Shown piece by piece: positions 31,503-42,031 of a stretch of DNA of 64,000 nucleotides. The DNA is from Spirochaetia bacterium (GTDB taxonomy: Bacteria > Spirochaetota > Spirochaetia > SZUA-6 > Bin103). The notes beneath the pieces are model-generated. The model had not been told where the DNA came from, searched no databases, and was given only the letters and a program-made list of their open reading frames with translations. Numbering within the stretch: position 1 is the stretch's first letter; each line of letters starts with the position of its first letter. The stretch covers positions 320,001 to 384,000 of the forward strand of contig CBDBOV010000006.1 of the NCBI GenBank assembly GCA_965208575.1, in the 5' to 3' direction. Made by a program: the position numbers and the translations under genes.

Positions 31503-32646
31503 CGTTTCCTCCTCCCCGCGGTCCGGTGCGCACGCGCCGGCGCAACGCCAGGGTCTGGATGAAGTGAACGACAAGCCCGAGTCCTACCACCAGGGTGCCG
31601 ACGTACGGCACCACGCGGCTGCGGTTGTGCACCACCGCCAGCGTCGACGTCTCGCGACCGGTGGCGTCGATCGCGTACGACGCCTGGTAGAAGGTATACC
31701 CGGCATGGCGCAACGGATGATTCATGGCGATGCGCGCGCTGCGGGTGAACTGCGCAGTGCTCACGGTAACGTCGCTCTCGAAGCTGCGCGGCGTGTCCGA
31801 GTTGGGATGGAATTCGGCGCGGAAGTCGTCGAGCCTGACGATCAGCGGCATCACGTAGTGCTTGCGCCGCAGCGACAGAGCCAACCGGCCGCCCGCCACC
31901 GGCAGCGACGCCGGCGCCACGTCGGCGCCGTACAGCAGCACGTCGGCGCTGCCGCCGCGGTGCTCCGCGGTCAGCAGCACGCCGGGAAAGTTCTCCTGCG
32001 GGTCGGGCGACACCCGCGCCTCCTCCAGGCTCTCGATACCGGAACCGTTGATCCAGCGCGCGCGGGCGCCGCCGGCGCGGCTGAATGCCTGCGCGTTGGC
32101 AAAGTAGCGCTGCGGGCGCAGTTCCAGGCCGTAGCGCGCAAGACTGACCGTGCGGCCGGCGGCCAATTCGGCGGCGTCCACGGCGGTCACGCGGCGCGTT
32201 TCGGCGGCCGGATCCCACACCGCCACTTCCCAGTCGAAGTAGTCGGTGGTCACGTTGCCGCCCTCGCCTTCGAGCAGCGACAGGAACGACTCCTGCGCGA
32301 AGTACTGCGTGAAGAACATGCCGAAGAACAGCGCGAACAGGCCGCCGTGGATGATCAGGATGCCGACCCGCTTCACCGTGTAGGCGAACCGGTAGATGGT
32401 GGCCGCCACCAGGTTCACGAACAGCACCCAGAGCACGAGTTGCGCTCCCGGCAGCGGCACGAACCCGGCCGCGAGCGTGAAGAACGACTCGAAGTACTTC
32501 TTCTGCGCCGAGTAGATGCCGTTGTCGATCTGGTGGATGGTGCCCAGGAAGGTGAGCACGAACAGCAACAGGAGACACACCACCGTCACCCGCAGGTCGA
32601 TCAGCAGGCGCACCACCGGGTAGCGCTTGATGGCGGCGGCCAACAT
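31495..32646 (-). CDS. ResB/Ccs1-like cytochrome c biogenesis protein
   Basis: N-terminal TMs with 'LGT..Q', 'GILIIHGG', 'LDDFR..FHP....P..FES' and 'MNHPLRHAGYTFYQASY'. Confidence 0.82.
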   Translation of the reverse strand: MLAAAIKRYPVVRLLIDLRVTVVCLLLLFVLTFLGTIHQIDNGIYSAQKKYFESFFTLAAGFVPLPGAQLVLWVLFVNLVAATIYRFAYTVKRVGILIIHGGLFALFFGMFFTQYFAQESFLSLLEGEGGNVTTDYFDWEVAVWDPAAETRRVTAVDAAELAAGRTVSLARYGLELRPQRYFANAQAFSRAGGARARWINGSGIESLEEARVSPDPQENFPGVLLTAEHRGGSADVLLYGADVAPASLPVAGGRLALSLRRKHYVMPLIVRLDDFRAEFHPNSDTPRSFESDVTVSTAQFTRSARIAMNHPLRHAGYTFYQASYAIDATGRETSTLAVVHNRSRVVPYVGTLVVGLGLVVHFIQTLALRRRVRTGPRGGGNGV

Positions 32647-32683
32647 CAGCGGACCCTCCCGCCCTGCGCCGGGGACGAAGGAA

Positions 32684-33292
32684 TCACGACGTACCGCCGG
32701 CGGCGAGGCCGAGACTGGCAACCAGGCTCATGAAGTCGGCACGCGCGGTGGCGACCAACGCTCCGTCTCCCGACATCTTCACGAACAGCGTCTGGTCGAG
32801 CACCGGTCCGACCGCGGCCAGCATCGAATCTCCGCTCGGCGCCTCCAGGCGCGTAAAGTCGTACACGGTCAGACGCATCCCGTCACGGGCGGCAACCGGT
32901 TCGCCCTCCGCGAGAAACTGCGCCAGCTCCTCCCCGGTGAGCTGCAGCCCGAGTTGATCGAGCCAGCGAATGACGTTCGCCTCCACGCCGCCGGCCGGTC
33001 CGCCGAGCATCACCACGGTGGTTTCGACGCTCCGGTCGCCCTGCACGAGACGGAACGCGGCCAGCCGGATGCCGTCACGGGGCAACTCCTGCCATGCCGG
33101 CGGTGTCTGCCACACCAGTGGGGCGGGTGGGCCGCCGGCGGCGCCGCTGCCGTCGAAGGCCGCCTCCACCGGCGACGGCTTGATCACCACCTCGTCATAC
33201 TCGCGCACCTCGGGCTCGCGCGAGCACGCGGCCAGGACAGCGATGGCGAGAATCCCGAACGCGCAGACAGGTGGTTGTCGTCGGCGAAACAC
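32684..33292 (-). CDS. Hypothetical lipoprotein upstream of the ccs genes
   Basis: Lipobox LAA-C. Motifs 'W..P..W......IRLAAF', 'ANVIRW..QLGL' and 'FVKMSG'. Confidence 0.7.
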   Translation of the reverse strand: MFRRRQPPVCAFGILAIAVLAACSREPEVREYDEVVIKPSPVEAAFDGSGAAGGPPAPLVWQTPPAWQELPRDGIRLAAFRLVQGDRSVETTVVMLGGPAGGVEANVIRWLDQLGLQLTGEELAQFLAEGEPVAARDGMRLTVYDFTRLEAPSGDSMLAAVGPVLDQTLFVKMSGDGALVATARADFMSLVASLGLAAGGTS

Positions 33293-33316
33293 GCTGGCTA
33301 CCGCGCGCCGGCGAGG

Positions 33317-33613
33317 TTACGGTGTGACGTCGACCAGGCGGGTTACCGAACGTACCTCCGGCAACGGCACCAGCACCTGATCGAGTTCCTTCCACTGGCC
33401 GAAGCGGGCGGCGGTCTGCACGTACTGTTCCTTCGATACGCCGTTTGCCCCGTCACGGTGACGCGCGACGTCGAGCAACACGATGCCGTCGCCGCGCTGC
33501 TCGAAGAAGCGGCCGATATAGAGGTCGGCGCCGGCGGTATCCACCACCACCGTGATGCCGTGCAAGTCGCCCTTGTCCGCGTGCCGGGCGGGCCGGGGTG
33601 CGCCGCCTGTCAT
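33317..33613 (-). CDS. Small hypothetical protein, possibly Sm/LSm-like fold
   Basis: 98 aa with host-like codon usage and RBS GGGGAG. The sequence 'GITVVVDT...LYIGR......IVLLDV' is beta-rich. Confidence 0.65.
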   Translation of the reverse strand: MTGGAPRPARHADKGDLHGITVVVDTAGADLYIGRFFEQRGDGIVLLDVARHRDGANGVSKEQYVQTAARFGQWKELDQVLVPLPEVRSVTRLVDVTP

Positions 33614-33685
33614 GGTGCTCCCCTCACACCGGGCATTGCCGTGTCATCCGCGACACCTGCGGCAATCCACCGGCAGCGGGTCGGG

Positions 33686-34108
33686 TCAGTTGGCGAAGTG
33701 TTCGTCGAACGCCTCGGTCAGGTCGGCCGCGATCACCTGCGGCGGACGCCCCTCGATCTGATGGCGCGGGTACATGAACACCAGTTCGCCGTCGCGGAAC
33801 AGCGCGACCGACGGACTGCTCGGCGGAATGTGGGCGAAGTAGCCGCGCGCCTTGGCGGTCGCCTCGAGGTCCTGGCCGGCGAACACGGTGGCGACGCGAT
33901 CCGGGGTCACCTGGTGGCGCAGGGCCATCCTGATGCCGGGGCGCGCGCTGCCGGCCGCACAGCCGCAGACGGAGTTGATCACGAGCATCGCGGACCCGCT
34001 CTGGTCGGTCATGAACCGGTCCACGTCGGCGGCGGTTTCCAACTCTTCGATACCCGCCGCGGTGAGTTCATCGCGCATCGGTTGCACGAGCACAGGGTCG
34101 TAAGGCAT
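33686..34108 (-). CDS. Bacilliredoxin BrxA/BrxB (YphP/YqiW, DUF1094)
   Basis: Motifs 'PMRDEL', 'INSVCGCAAG.ARP', 'TVFAGQD..AT..AR', 'PPSSPS.ALF' and 'R.QIEG'. Confidence 0.92.
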   Translation of the reverse strand: MPYDPVLVQPMRDELTAAGIEELETAADVDRFMTDQSGSAMLVINSVCGCAAGSARPGIRMALRHQVTPDRVATVFAGQDLEATAKARGYFAHIPPSSPSVALFRDGELVFMYPRHQIEGRPPQVIAADLTEAFDEHFAN

Positions 34109-34147
34109 GCGGCTAACATAGTTGCCGCGAAGAAGTCCCGTCAAGGC

Positions 34148-34621
34148 TCATCGGCGAGTGTCTCCCGAGCGTGCGCTCTGCGCCGCCTGGATGTCGCGCG
34201 GCCAGTGACTCTTGATGTACGCCAGGACCGCCCAGATGTCGCCGTCGCTCAGAATGTCGGCGTACACCGGCATGCCGCTCTTGAACCCGGCGCCGGCCAC
34301 GAACGCGCTGCCGTACTTGGTGACGTCGAACAGCATCTGGTCGGAGTGGTGCCACGTGTGGCCGGTCACGTCGTGCGGCGGCGCCGGCAGGGTGCCGTCC
34401 TCCTTCGGCTGCCGCCAGTTCGGCTGCCCTTCCAGGCGCGTGCCGTGGCACGCCGCGCAGTTCTGCTGGTACACGATCCGGCCTCGCGCAACCAGTTCCG
34501 GGTCGCCGGCGTCCGCCCGGTCAGGTTCGCGGTCCTGGCGCAGGAAATACCCGCCAGCGGCGAGCACGGCAGCCGCGGCGAGCGCGGCGATCGCGACCGT
34601 AGTAAGGATGCGCCCATTCAT
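34148..34621 (-). CDS. Monoheme cytochrome c
   Basis: N-terminal signal/anchor, CAACHG, 'LEGQPNW', 'PAPPHD.TGHTWHH' and 'GMP'. Confidence 0.9.
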   Translation of the reverse strand: MNGRILTTVAIAALAAAAVLAAGGYFLRQDREPDRADAGDPELVARGRIVYQQNCAACHGTRLEGQPNWRQPKEDGTLPAPPHDVTGHTWHHSDQMLFDVTKYGSAFVAGAGFKSGMPVYADILSDGDIWAVLAYIKSHWPRDIQAAQSARSGDTRR

Positions 34622-34627
34622 GACTGC

Positions 34628-34657
34628 TTGAGATACCTGACCCCCGTGGGGTATTAT
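34628..34657 (+). promoter_or_regulatory. csoR-copA promoter with a CsoR-type operator
   Basis: TTGAGA-18 nt-TATTAT with the inverted repeat ACCCC-CGT-GGGGT (34640-34652) in the spacer, resembling known C/G-tract CsoR operators. Confidence 0.7.
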
Positions 34658-34690
34658 ACCGGCATCGCGAAGACTTGTCAGGAGGGAGAA

Positions 34691-35008
34691 GTGACCCAAC
34701 CAAATGGCCGAACGAGCCTCGGCACGGTACGTCGCGGCCCACACCCGGCGGACGAAACCGCGCTGCGCCGCCTGCGCAGCATCGAGGGACAGGTCACCGG
34801 CATTCGCCGCATGGTCGCGGAGGAACGCTACTGCATCGACATTCTGACTCAGATCTCGGCCGTGCGGGCGGCGCTCAACGGCCTCGGCCTGCACGTGCTG
34901 AAGCGTCACCTCGACCATTGCGTTGCCGATGCGGCGCGCGATGACGGGCAGGAACTGCCGCGAGTGGTCGAGGAACTGAAAACGGTGTTGGCCCGCAGCA
35001 GCATCTGA
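34691..35008 (+). CDS. csoR: CsoR/RcnR-family metal-sensing repressor
   Basis: '[26 protein letters not shown]' and 'HLDHC'. GTG start after GGAGGGAG. Confidence 0.9.
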   Translation: MTQPNGRTSLGTVRRGPHPADETALRRLRSIEGQVTGIRRMVAEERYCIDILTQISAVRAALNGLGLHVLKRHLDHCVADAARDDGQELPRVVEELKTVLARSSI

Positions 35009-35010
35009 AC

Positions 35011-37518
35011 ATGGCGAACATCGACCCCGTCTGCGGTATGACGGTGGCCCCGGACGGCCCGCATCGCGTGCATTACGGCGGTACCACGTACCGGTTCTGC
35101 TCGGCGGGCTGCCGGGCCCGGTTCAACGACGACCCGGAGCGGTTCCTGGCCGCACCGGACGGCGCACACGGCGCACACGGCGCACACGACCACCACGACC
35201 ACCACGATCACCACGACCACCACGACCACCACGACCGCCACGACCACGGCGACCGTGACGCTGACGCGCGGCACCACGAGCACCACGGGCATGGCCGGCA
35301 CCACCATGACCACGACCACGGCGCCCATGAGCACGGCGCCGCGCACGCGCACGCCGGCCACCGCCACGGGCCGCACTCCCGCTCAGGTGCGCACGCCGCC
35401 GGTGCGGGCGCGGGCGGCGACGGCCAGGCGCGGTACACCTGCCCAATGCACCCGGAGGTGGACGAACCGCGGCCCGGCGCCTGCCCCGCGTGCGGCATGG
35501 CGCTGGAACCGCGCACCGTCTCCGCGGCACCCGAAGACGATGGCGAACTGCGCACCATGACGCGCCGCCTGGCGGTGAGCGCGCTGCTCACGGCTCCGCT
35601 GGTGATTCTGCCGTTCACCTCGCTTGCCGCCGTGCCGGCGTTCGGCTGGCTGCAACTGGCGATCGCCAGCCCGGTGGTACTCTGGGGCGCCGCACCCTTC
35701 TTCCGGCGCGGCTGGGATTCGGTGGCCCACCGCAGCCTGAACATGTTCACCCTGATCGGCCTGGGGGTTGGAGTTGCCTACCTGTACAGCGTGGCGGCGA
35801 CCATCGCGCCCGGCGTGTTCCGGACCGCGGCCACCGGCGCCGGGGCAACCATCGCCCTGTACTACTTCGAGAGCGCCGCCGTCATCACCACGCTCGTGCT
35901 GCTCGGGCAGGTGATGGAGCTGCGCGCCAGGCGGCGCACCGGGGCGGCGCTGCGGCTGTTGCTGGAACTGACTCCACCGAGCGCGCATCTGGTCGACGAG
36001 CACGACGCCGAACGCGACGTGCCGCTGGAGGCGGTCGTGGTCGGCAACCGGCTGCGCGTGCGGCCCGGCGAGAAGGTGCCCGTGGACGGAACGGTGGCGA
36101 CCGGAAGCAGCGCGGTCGACGAGGGAATGGTTACCGGCGAAGCCACGCCGGTCGTCAAGCAGCCTGGTGACGCGGTGATCGGGGGCACGGTGAACGGCGC
36201 CGGAGCGCTGGTCATCCGCGCCGAGAAGGTGGGCGCCGACACGCTGCTCGCGCGCATCGTGCAGATGGTCGCGGACGCCCAGCGCAGCCGCGCGCCAAGT
36301 CAGCGCATCGCCGACGCCGTCTCGGCCGTGTTCGTACCCGCCGTTATCGCCATTGCCGCGGTCACCTTCGTCGCCTGGCTGGCGCTCGGCCCCGCCCCCG
36401 GCCTCACCCTGGCGCTGCTCAACGCCGTGTCCGTACTCATCATCGCCTGCCCGTGTGCGCTCGGACTCGCCACCCCCATGTCGATCATGGTGGCTACCGG
36501 CCGCGGCGCCACGCTTGGCGTCCTGTTCCGGGACGCCGCCGCCATCGAGTCGCTGAGCACGGTGGACACCCTGCTGGTGGACAAGACCGGCACCCTCACC
36601 GAGGGCCGACCGCGCGTGCGGACCGTGATCCCTGCGCCCGGCACTACCGAGCACGACCTGATCGCCGCGGCCTCGGCGGTGGCGCTTGCGAGCGAACACC
36701 CGCTCTCCGCGGCCGTCGTATCGCTGGCGCGGGAACGCGGCATTCAGGTCCCTGCCGCCACCGACTTCGTCTCCTTCGTGGGCCTCGGCGTCTCCGGTAC
36801 CGTCGCCGGCTGCGACACGCTGCTCGGCAAGGCATCGCTTCTGGAACGGCACGGAATAGACGCCGGCATGCTCGCCGCGCAGGCCGACATCCTGCGCGGC
36901 GGCGGCCAGACCGTGGTCTTCGCCGCCGTCGCGGGCCGCGTGGCGGGAGCGTTCGCGATCGCCGACCCGGTGCGGAGCACCACCGCAGATGCAATCGCCC
37001 GGTTGCAGGCAGCCGGCGTCGACCTGGTGATGGCCACCGGCGACAACCGCACCACCGCGCACGCCGTGGCCCGCGGCCTGAACATCGGGACCGTGATCGC
37101 CGAGGCGTTGCCGGAACGGAAGATGGCCGAAGTGCAGCGCCTGCAGCATGCCGGCCACGTCGTAGCGATGGCCGGCGACGGCATCAATGACGCACCGGCG
37201 CTGGCGCAGGCGGATGTGGGCATCGCCATGGGTACCGGTACCGACGTCGCGATGGAGAGCGCCGACATCACCCTGGTCCGCGGCGACCTGCGCGCCATCG
37301 CCGACGCCGGGAGGCTGAGCGCCGCCACCCGCCGAAACATCCGCCAGAACCTGCTCCTGGCATTCCTCTACAACAGCCTCGCCATCCCGGTGGCGGCCGG
37401 CGTCCTGTTTCCGCTGTTCGGGATACTGCTGAGCCCGATGATGGCCGCCGCCGCCATGAGCCTGAGCTCGGTATCGGTGATCGGCAACGCACTGCGGTTA
37501 CGCCGCGTGCAGATGTGA
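35011..37518 (+). CDS. copA: Cu(I)-transporting P1B ATPase with YHS, His-rich and HMBD N-terminal domains
   Basis: 'DPVCGM...FCS..C' (YHS), 'YTCPMHPEV...CPACGM', 'TGE', 'CPCALG', 'DKTGT', 'GDGIND', 'YN' and 'MSLSS'. Confidence 0.94.
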   Translation: MANIDPVCGMTVAPDGPHRVHYGGTTYRFCSAGCRARFNDDPERFLAAPDGAHGAHGAHDHHDHHDHHDHHDHHDRHDHGDRDADARHHEHHGHGRHHHDHDHGAHEHGAAHAHAGHRHGPHSRSGAHAAGAGAGGDGQARYTCPMHPEVDEPRPGACPACGMALEPRTVSAAPEDDGELRTMTRRLAVSALLTAPLVILPFTSLAAVPAFGWLQLAIASPVVLWGAAPFFRRGWDSVAHRSLNMFTLIGLGVGVAYLYSVAATIAPGVFRTAATGAGATIALYYFESAAVITTLVLLGQVMELRARRRTGAALRLLLELTPPSAHLVDEHDAERDVPLEAVVVGNRLRVRPGEKVPVDGTVATGSSAVDEGMVTGEATPVVKQPGDAVIGGTVNGAGALVIRAEKVGADTLLARIVQMVADAQRSRAPSQRIADAVSAVFVPAVIAIAAVTFVAWLALGPAPGLTLALLNAVSVLIIACPCALGLATPMSIMVATGRGATLGVLFRDAAAIESLSTVDTLLVDKTGTLTEGRPRVRTVIPAPGTTEHDLIAAASAVALASEHPLSAAVVSLARERGIQVPAATDFVSFVGLGVSGTVAGCDTLLGKASLLERHGIDAGMLAAQADILRGGGQTVVFAAVAGRVAGAFAIADPVRSTTADAIARLQAAGVDLVMATGDNRTTAHAVARGLNIGTVIAEALPERKMAEVQRLQHAGHVVAMAGDGINDAPALAQADVGIAMGTGTDVAMESADITLVRGDLRAIADAGRLSAATRRNIRQNLLLAFLYNSLAIPVAAGVLFPLFGILLSPMMAAAAMSLSSVSVIGNALRLRRVQM
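35161..35250 (+). repeat. 9-bp tandem repeats (ggcgcacac x3, gaccaccac x5 plus degenerate copies) encoding a His-rich tract
   Basis: Directly visible in the sequence; encodes (GAH)3(DHH)5. Confidence 0.9.
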
Positions 37519-37524
37519 TTCGTG

Positions 37525-37974
37525 CTAGCGCCGCGCCCGCGCGCCGATAACGATGGCGGCCGCCAGCAGCACCAGGTTCTTGATGACGTACTGCCCTTCG
37601 AGCGTCAGGACGAACGGCGGGCGCGCGAACACGGCGGCAGGGTTCAGCACGATCGGCGACATCGCTCCGAGCATCTGGAGATACATCAGCGCCACCGTTA
37701 CGCGCACGAAACGGCCGGTCACGAAGCCGAGACCGATCACGATCTCCCAGCATCCGACGAACGGCACGAACAGCGCCGCCGGCAGGAACGGATAGGTCGA
37801 GACGATCAGGCCGGCGGCCGGACTGGCCTCCGGAACCAGCTTGAGCGCGCCGAACCATACGAACACCACGCCGACCGCCACGCGCAGAAGCAGGACGCCA
37901 CGGCGGTCCATCCAGGCGGTCAGGTTGCGATCGAGCGGTTGCAACCAGGGTGGCACGCGATTGCGCGTGTCCAT
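37525..37974 (-). CDS. DoxX-family membrane protein (YkgB-like)
   Basis: 'LRVAVG.VFVWFGALK...SPA' and 'LTLEGQYVIKNLV'. Confidence 0.82.
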   Translation of the reverse strand: MDTRNRVPPWLQPLDRNLTAWMDRRGVLLLRVAVGVVFVWFGALKLVPEASPAAGLIVSTYPFLPAALFVPFVGCWEIVIGLGFVTGRFVRVTVALMYLQMLGAMSPIVLNPAAVFARPPFVLTLEGQYVIKNLVLLAAAIVIGARARR

Positions 37975-37990
37975 CCCCTACCTCGCCTGC

Positions 37991-38084
37991 CGGCAGCCGG
38001 TGGTGGAACCCGGCGGCGCGCCTGGAGCGGCGCGGCGGGGTGGATCGCCGCATTTCGGCAGCCGGTGTTTCGCCACGGCTGCCG
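37991..38084. repeat. Inverted doublet of REP-like family B palindromes
   Basis: CGGCAGCCGGTGGTGGAACCCGGC at 37991 and CGGCAGCCGGTGTTTCGCCACGGCTGCCG at 38056, the latter a reverse-orientation copy of the 27781 element. Confidence 0.6.
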
Positions 38085-38087
38085 GCG

Positions 38088-38900
38088 CTAGATGCCGACC
38101 GCGGCGGATGCCGCGGCCACCGGAATCAACCCGGTGTCGACCGTGGCCGCCGATGCCGCCTCCCGCGCCGGGGTACCGTGCGAGGCATCCTCCGCCGGCA
38201 CGCTTCCGAAGCGGCGCTCGCGGCCGCGGAACGCGGCAATCGCCGCGTGCAGCTCGCGCCTCCCGAAGTCGGGCCACATCACCTCGGTGAAGTACAGCTC
38301 CGCGTAGGCGCCCTCCCACAGCAGGAAGTCGCTCAGCCGGCACTCGCCGCCGGTGCGAATGATCAGGTCCACGTCGCCTGCCGGCAGACACTCGCATGGC
38401 TGGTTCGACACCAGTTGGCCGAACGCCCTCCGGCGTTCCTCGCCGGACGCGGTGAGTTCGCCGACCCGTTCGGCGGCGGCGAGAATCGCGTCGCGCGCCG
38501 AGTAGTCGATCGCCAGGCGCAGCAGCAGACGCTCGCCGCCCCCGGTAGCGCGTTCGGCCGCGTCGATTGCGGTACGCAGGTTGTCGCCGAGCCGGTCGCG
38601 CCGGCCGATCACCTGGATGCGCACCCCATTGGCAACGCACTCGTCGATCTCGCTGTGCAAATGACGCTCGAACAGACGCAGCAGCAGGCGCACCTCGCGT
38701 TCCGGCCGCTTCCAGTTGTCGGTGGAGAACGCGTACAGGGTCAGCACGCGCACACCGAGATCGGGCGCGGCGCGCACGCAGGCCCGCACCGCCCGCGCAC
38801 CGACGCGATGACCGGCATAGCGGCCCCTCCCCTGGCGCGCCGCCCAGCGTCCGTTGCCATCCATGATGATGCCGACGTGCAGCCCGTCCGGCGCCTTCAT
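38088..38900 (-). CDS. uppS: cis-Isoprenyl (undecaprenyl) diphosphate synthase
   Basis: Motifs '[13 protein letters not shown]', '[11 protein letters not shown]' and '[22 protein letters not shown]'. Confidence 0.93.
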   Translation of the reverse strand: MKAPDGLHVGIIMDGNGRWAARQGRGRYAGHRVGARAVRACVRAAPDLGVRVLTLYAFSTDNWKRPEREVRLLLRLFERHLHSEIDECVANGVRIQVIGRRDRLGDNLRTAIDAAERATGGGERLLLRLAIDYSARDAILAAAERVGELTASGEERRRAFGQLVSNQPCECLPAGDVDLIIRTGGECRLSDFLLWEGAYAELYFTEVMWPDFGRRELHAAIAAFRGRERRFGSVPAEDASHGTPAREAASAATVDTGLIPVAAASAAVGI

Positions 38901-39277
38901 CGGACACCCCCTTTCATCGCCGCAATCAAGCTCTCCATGTACGCCAGGTAGCCCTGCAGCGCGCGCCGCCCGGCCGCGGTGAGCCGATAGGTGGTGTGTG
39001 GTACGCGTCCGTCGAACGACTTGGTCGTCCGCACGTAGCGGGCATCCTCCAGCTTGCGCGCGTGCACGCTCAGGTTGCCGTCGGTTGCGCTCAGCAAGCG
39101 CTTCAACTGACTGAAGCTGACCGTGTCCACCACGGCCAGCGTGCTCATGATCGCCAGCCTCGTACGCTCGTGGATGAGCCGGTCCAGCGCAGGCTCCGAC
39201 GGCATGGTGAGGCCCTGAATCGCCTCGCGCAACTGACCCTGCGGCAACGGCGCGCCTACCATCCGGTCAGCCGCCAT
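38897..39277 (-). CDS. Winged-helix transcriptional regulator (HTH_34-like); alternative start at 39205
   Basis: Motifs '[16 protein letters not shown]', '[13 protein letters not shown]...YV...K.F.GR.P.T.Y.LT..GR.A'. Confidence 0.88.
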   Translation of the reverse strand: MAADRMVGAPLPQGQLREAIQGLTMPSEPALDRLIHERTRLAIMSTLAVVDTVSFSQLKRLLSATDGNLSVHARKLEDARYVRTTKSFDGRVPHTTYRLTAAGRRALQGYLAYMESLIAAMKGGVR

Positions 39278-39869
39278 GACGATGCGCCAGGTAGGCGCCG
39301 AAACCGACGTGCAGCGCGCCGAAACCGACGGCCATGAACAGGTTCGCCAACTGCGACGGCGCCAGCAGCGCCACGCCGCCGAGCAGCAGGAAACAACCGC
39401 CCATCAGCGACACCGCCCGCACCGAAAACGCCCCTCCGGTAAGCGCGGCCAGTCCGTACAGGATCAGCCACATGCCCGGCAGCAGGTGCGTTACCCCGTG
39501 CGCCGCGAAGGCAAGCGTAATGACGATGCCGGCAGCGATCGGCGGCGAGAAGCTGAACAGGAACGCCTGTCCCGACGGTGACGCGACCGGCACATTGACC
39601 GAACGTGCCTTGCGGTACATGGTAACGAGGCCTACACAGACGGCGAGCACCGCGTCGCCCACCCAGATCGGCAGCCACAGGCGAGCGGGCGCCAGCGTTG
39701 CCAGACCCGCGGCGGCAATCGCGGTGGCGCCCATGATCACCAGTCCTACCCCCGGCACCGCGTGAAAGCGGTTGGCTCGCTCCATGGCGTGGCGAATGAA
39801 CTGCAGATCGTCCGCGGCACGGTGCTCGTCCGCGGCGCGGTGTGGCCGCTGCGACAGCATACTCAGCAT
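39267..39869 (-). CDS. Hypothetical six-TM membrane protein
   Basis: 'A.DDL.FIR..MERA..F.AVPG', 'WLILYG' and 'GFGALHVGFG'. Overlaps the HTH gene. Confidence 0.8.
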   Translation of the reverse strand: MLSMLSQRPHRAADEHRAADDLQFIRHAMERANRFHAVPGVGLVIMGATAIAAAGLATLAPARLWLPIWVGDAVLAVCVGLVTMYRKARSVNVPVASPSGQAFLFSFSPPIAAGIVITLAFAAHGVTHLLPGMWLILYGLAALTGGAFSVRAVSLMGGCFLLLGGVALLAPSQLANLFMAVGFGALHVGFGAYLAHRHGG

Positions 39870-39907
39870 GTGCATCGATAGTAGCCGGCCAGCTCCCACT
39901 GAGTCAA

Positions 39908-39928
39908 GTACTTTGCAGTACAGAGTAC
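39908..39928. promoter_or_regulatory. Palindromic operator next to a minus-strand promoter
   Basis: GTACTTTG-cagta-CAGAGTAC abuts the -35 of a minus-strand TTGACT-18 nt-TACTAT promoter. Confidence 0.6.
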
Positions 39929-40004
39929 CAGCCACCGATGAGGCTGACGCAACGCAACGGACTCCATTAGACTGGCGACGAGTCACGCCAAGGAGAACAG
40001 CACG

Positions 40005-41813
<1,809 letters not shown>

Positions 41814-42031
41814 ACCGGGCACACCGGGCTCGACAGTGCTGTTTGGCGATAGCCAAACTGCGGTTGTTGGCCGCAGGCCAACGCCATGTTCGGCCCAGCC
41901 GCCGACTACGGCACCGACTACCGCGCCTGCTCCAACTTCGGCCCCCTGTACCGGTAACACGCACCCGCAGCCGTGCAGTTTGGCGAACGCCAAACTGCGG
42001 TTGTTGGCCGTCAGGCCAACGCCAACGCCGC

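Noticed and set aside
39808-39845. 18-bp tandem duplication (HRAADE-HRAADD) at the membrane protein N-terminus
   Set aside because: It is real but minor, and lies in a probably unstructured N-terminus.
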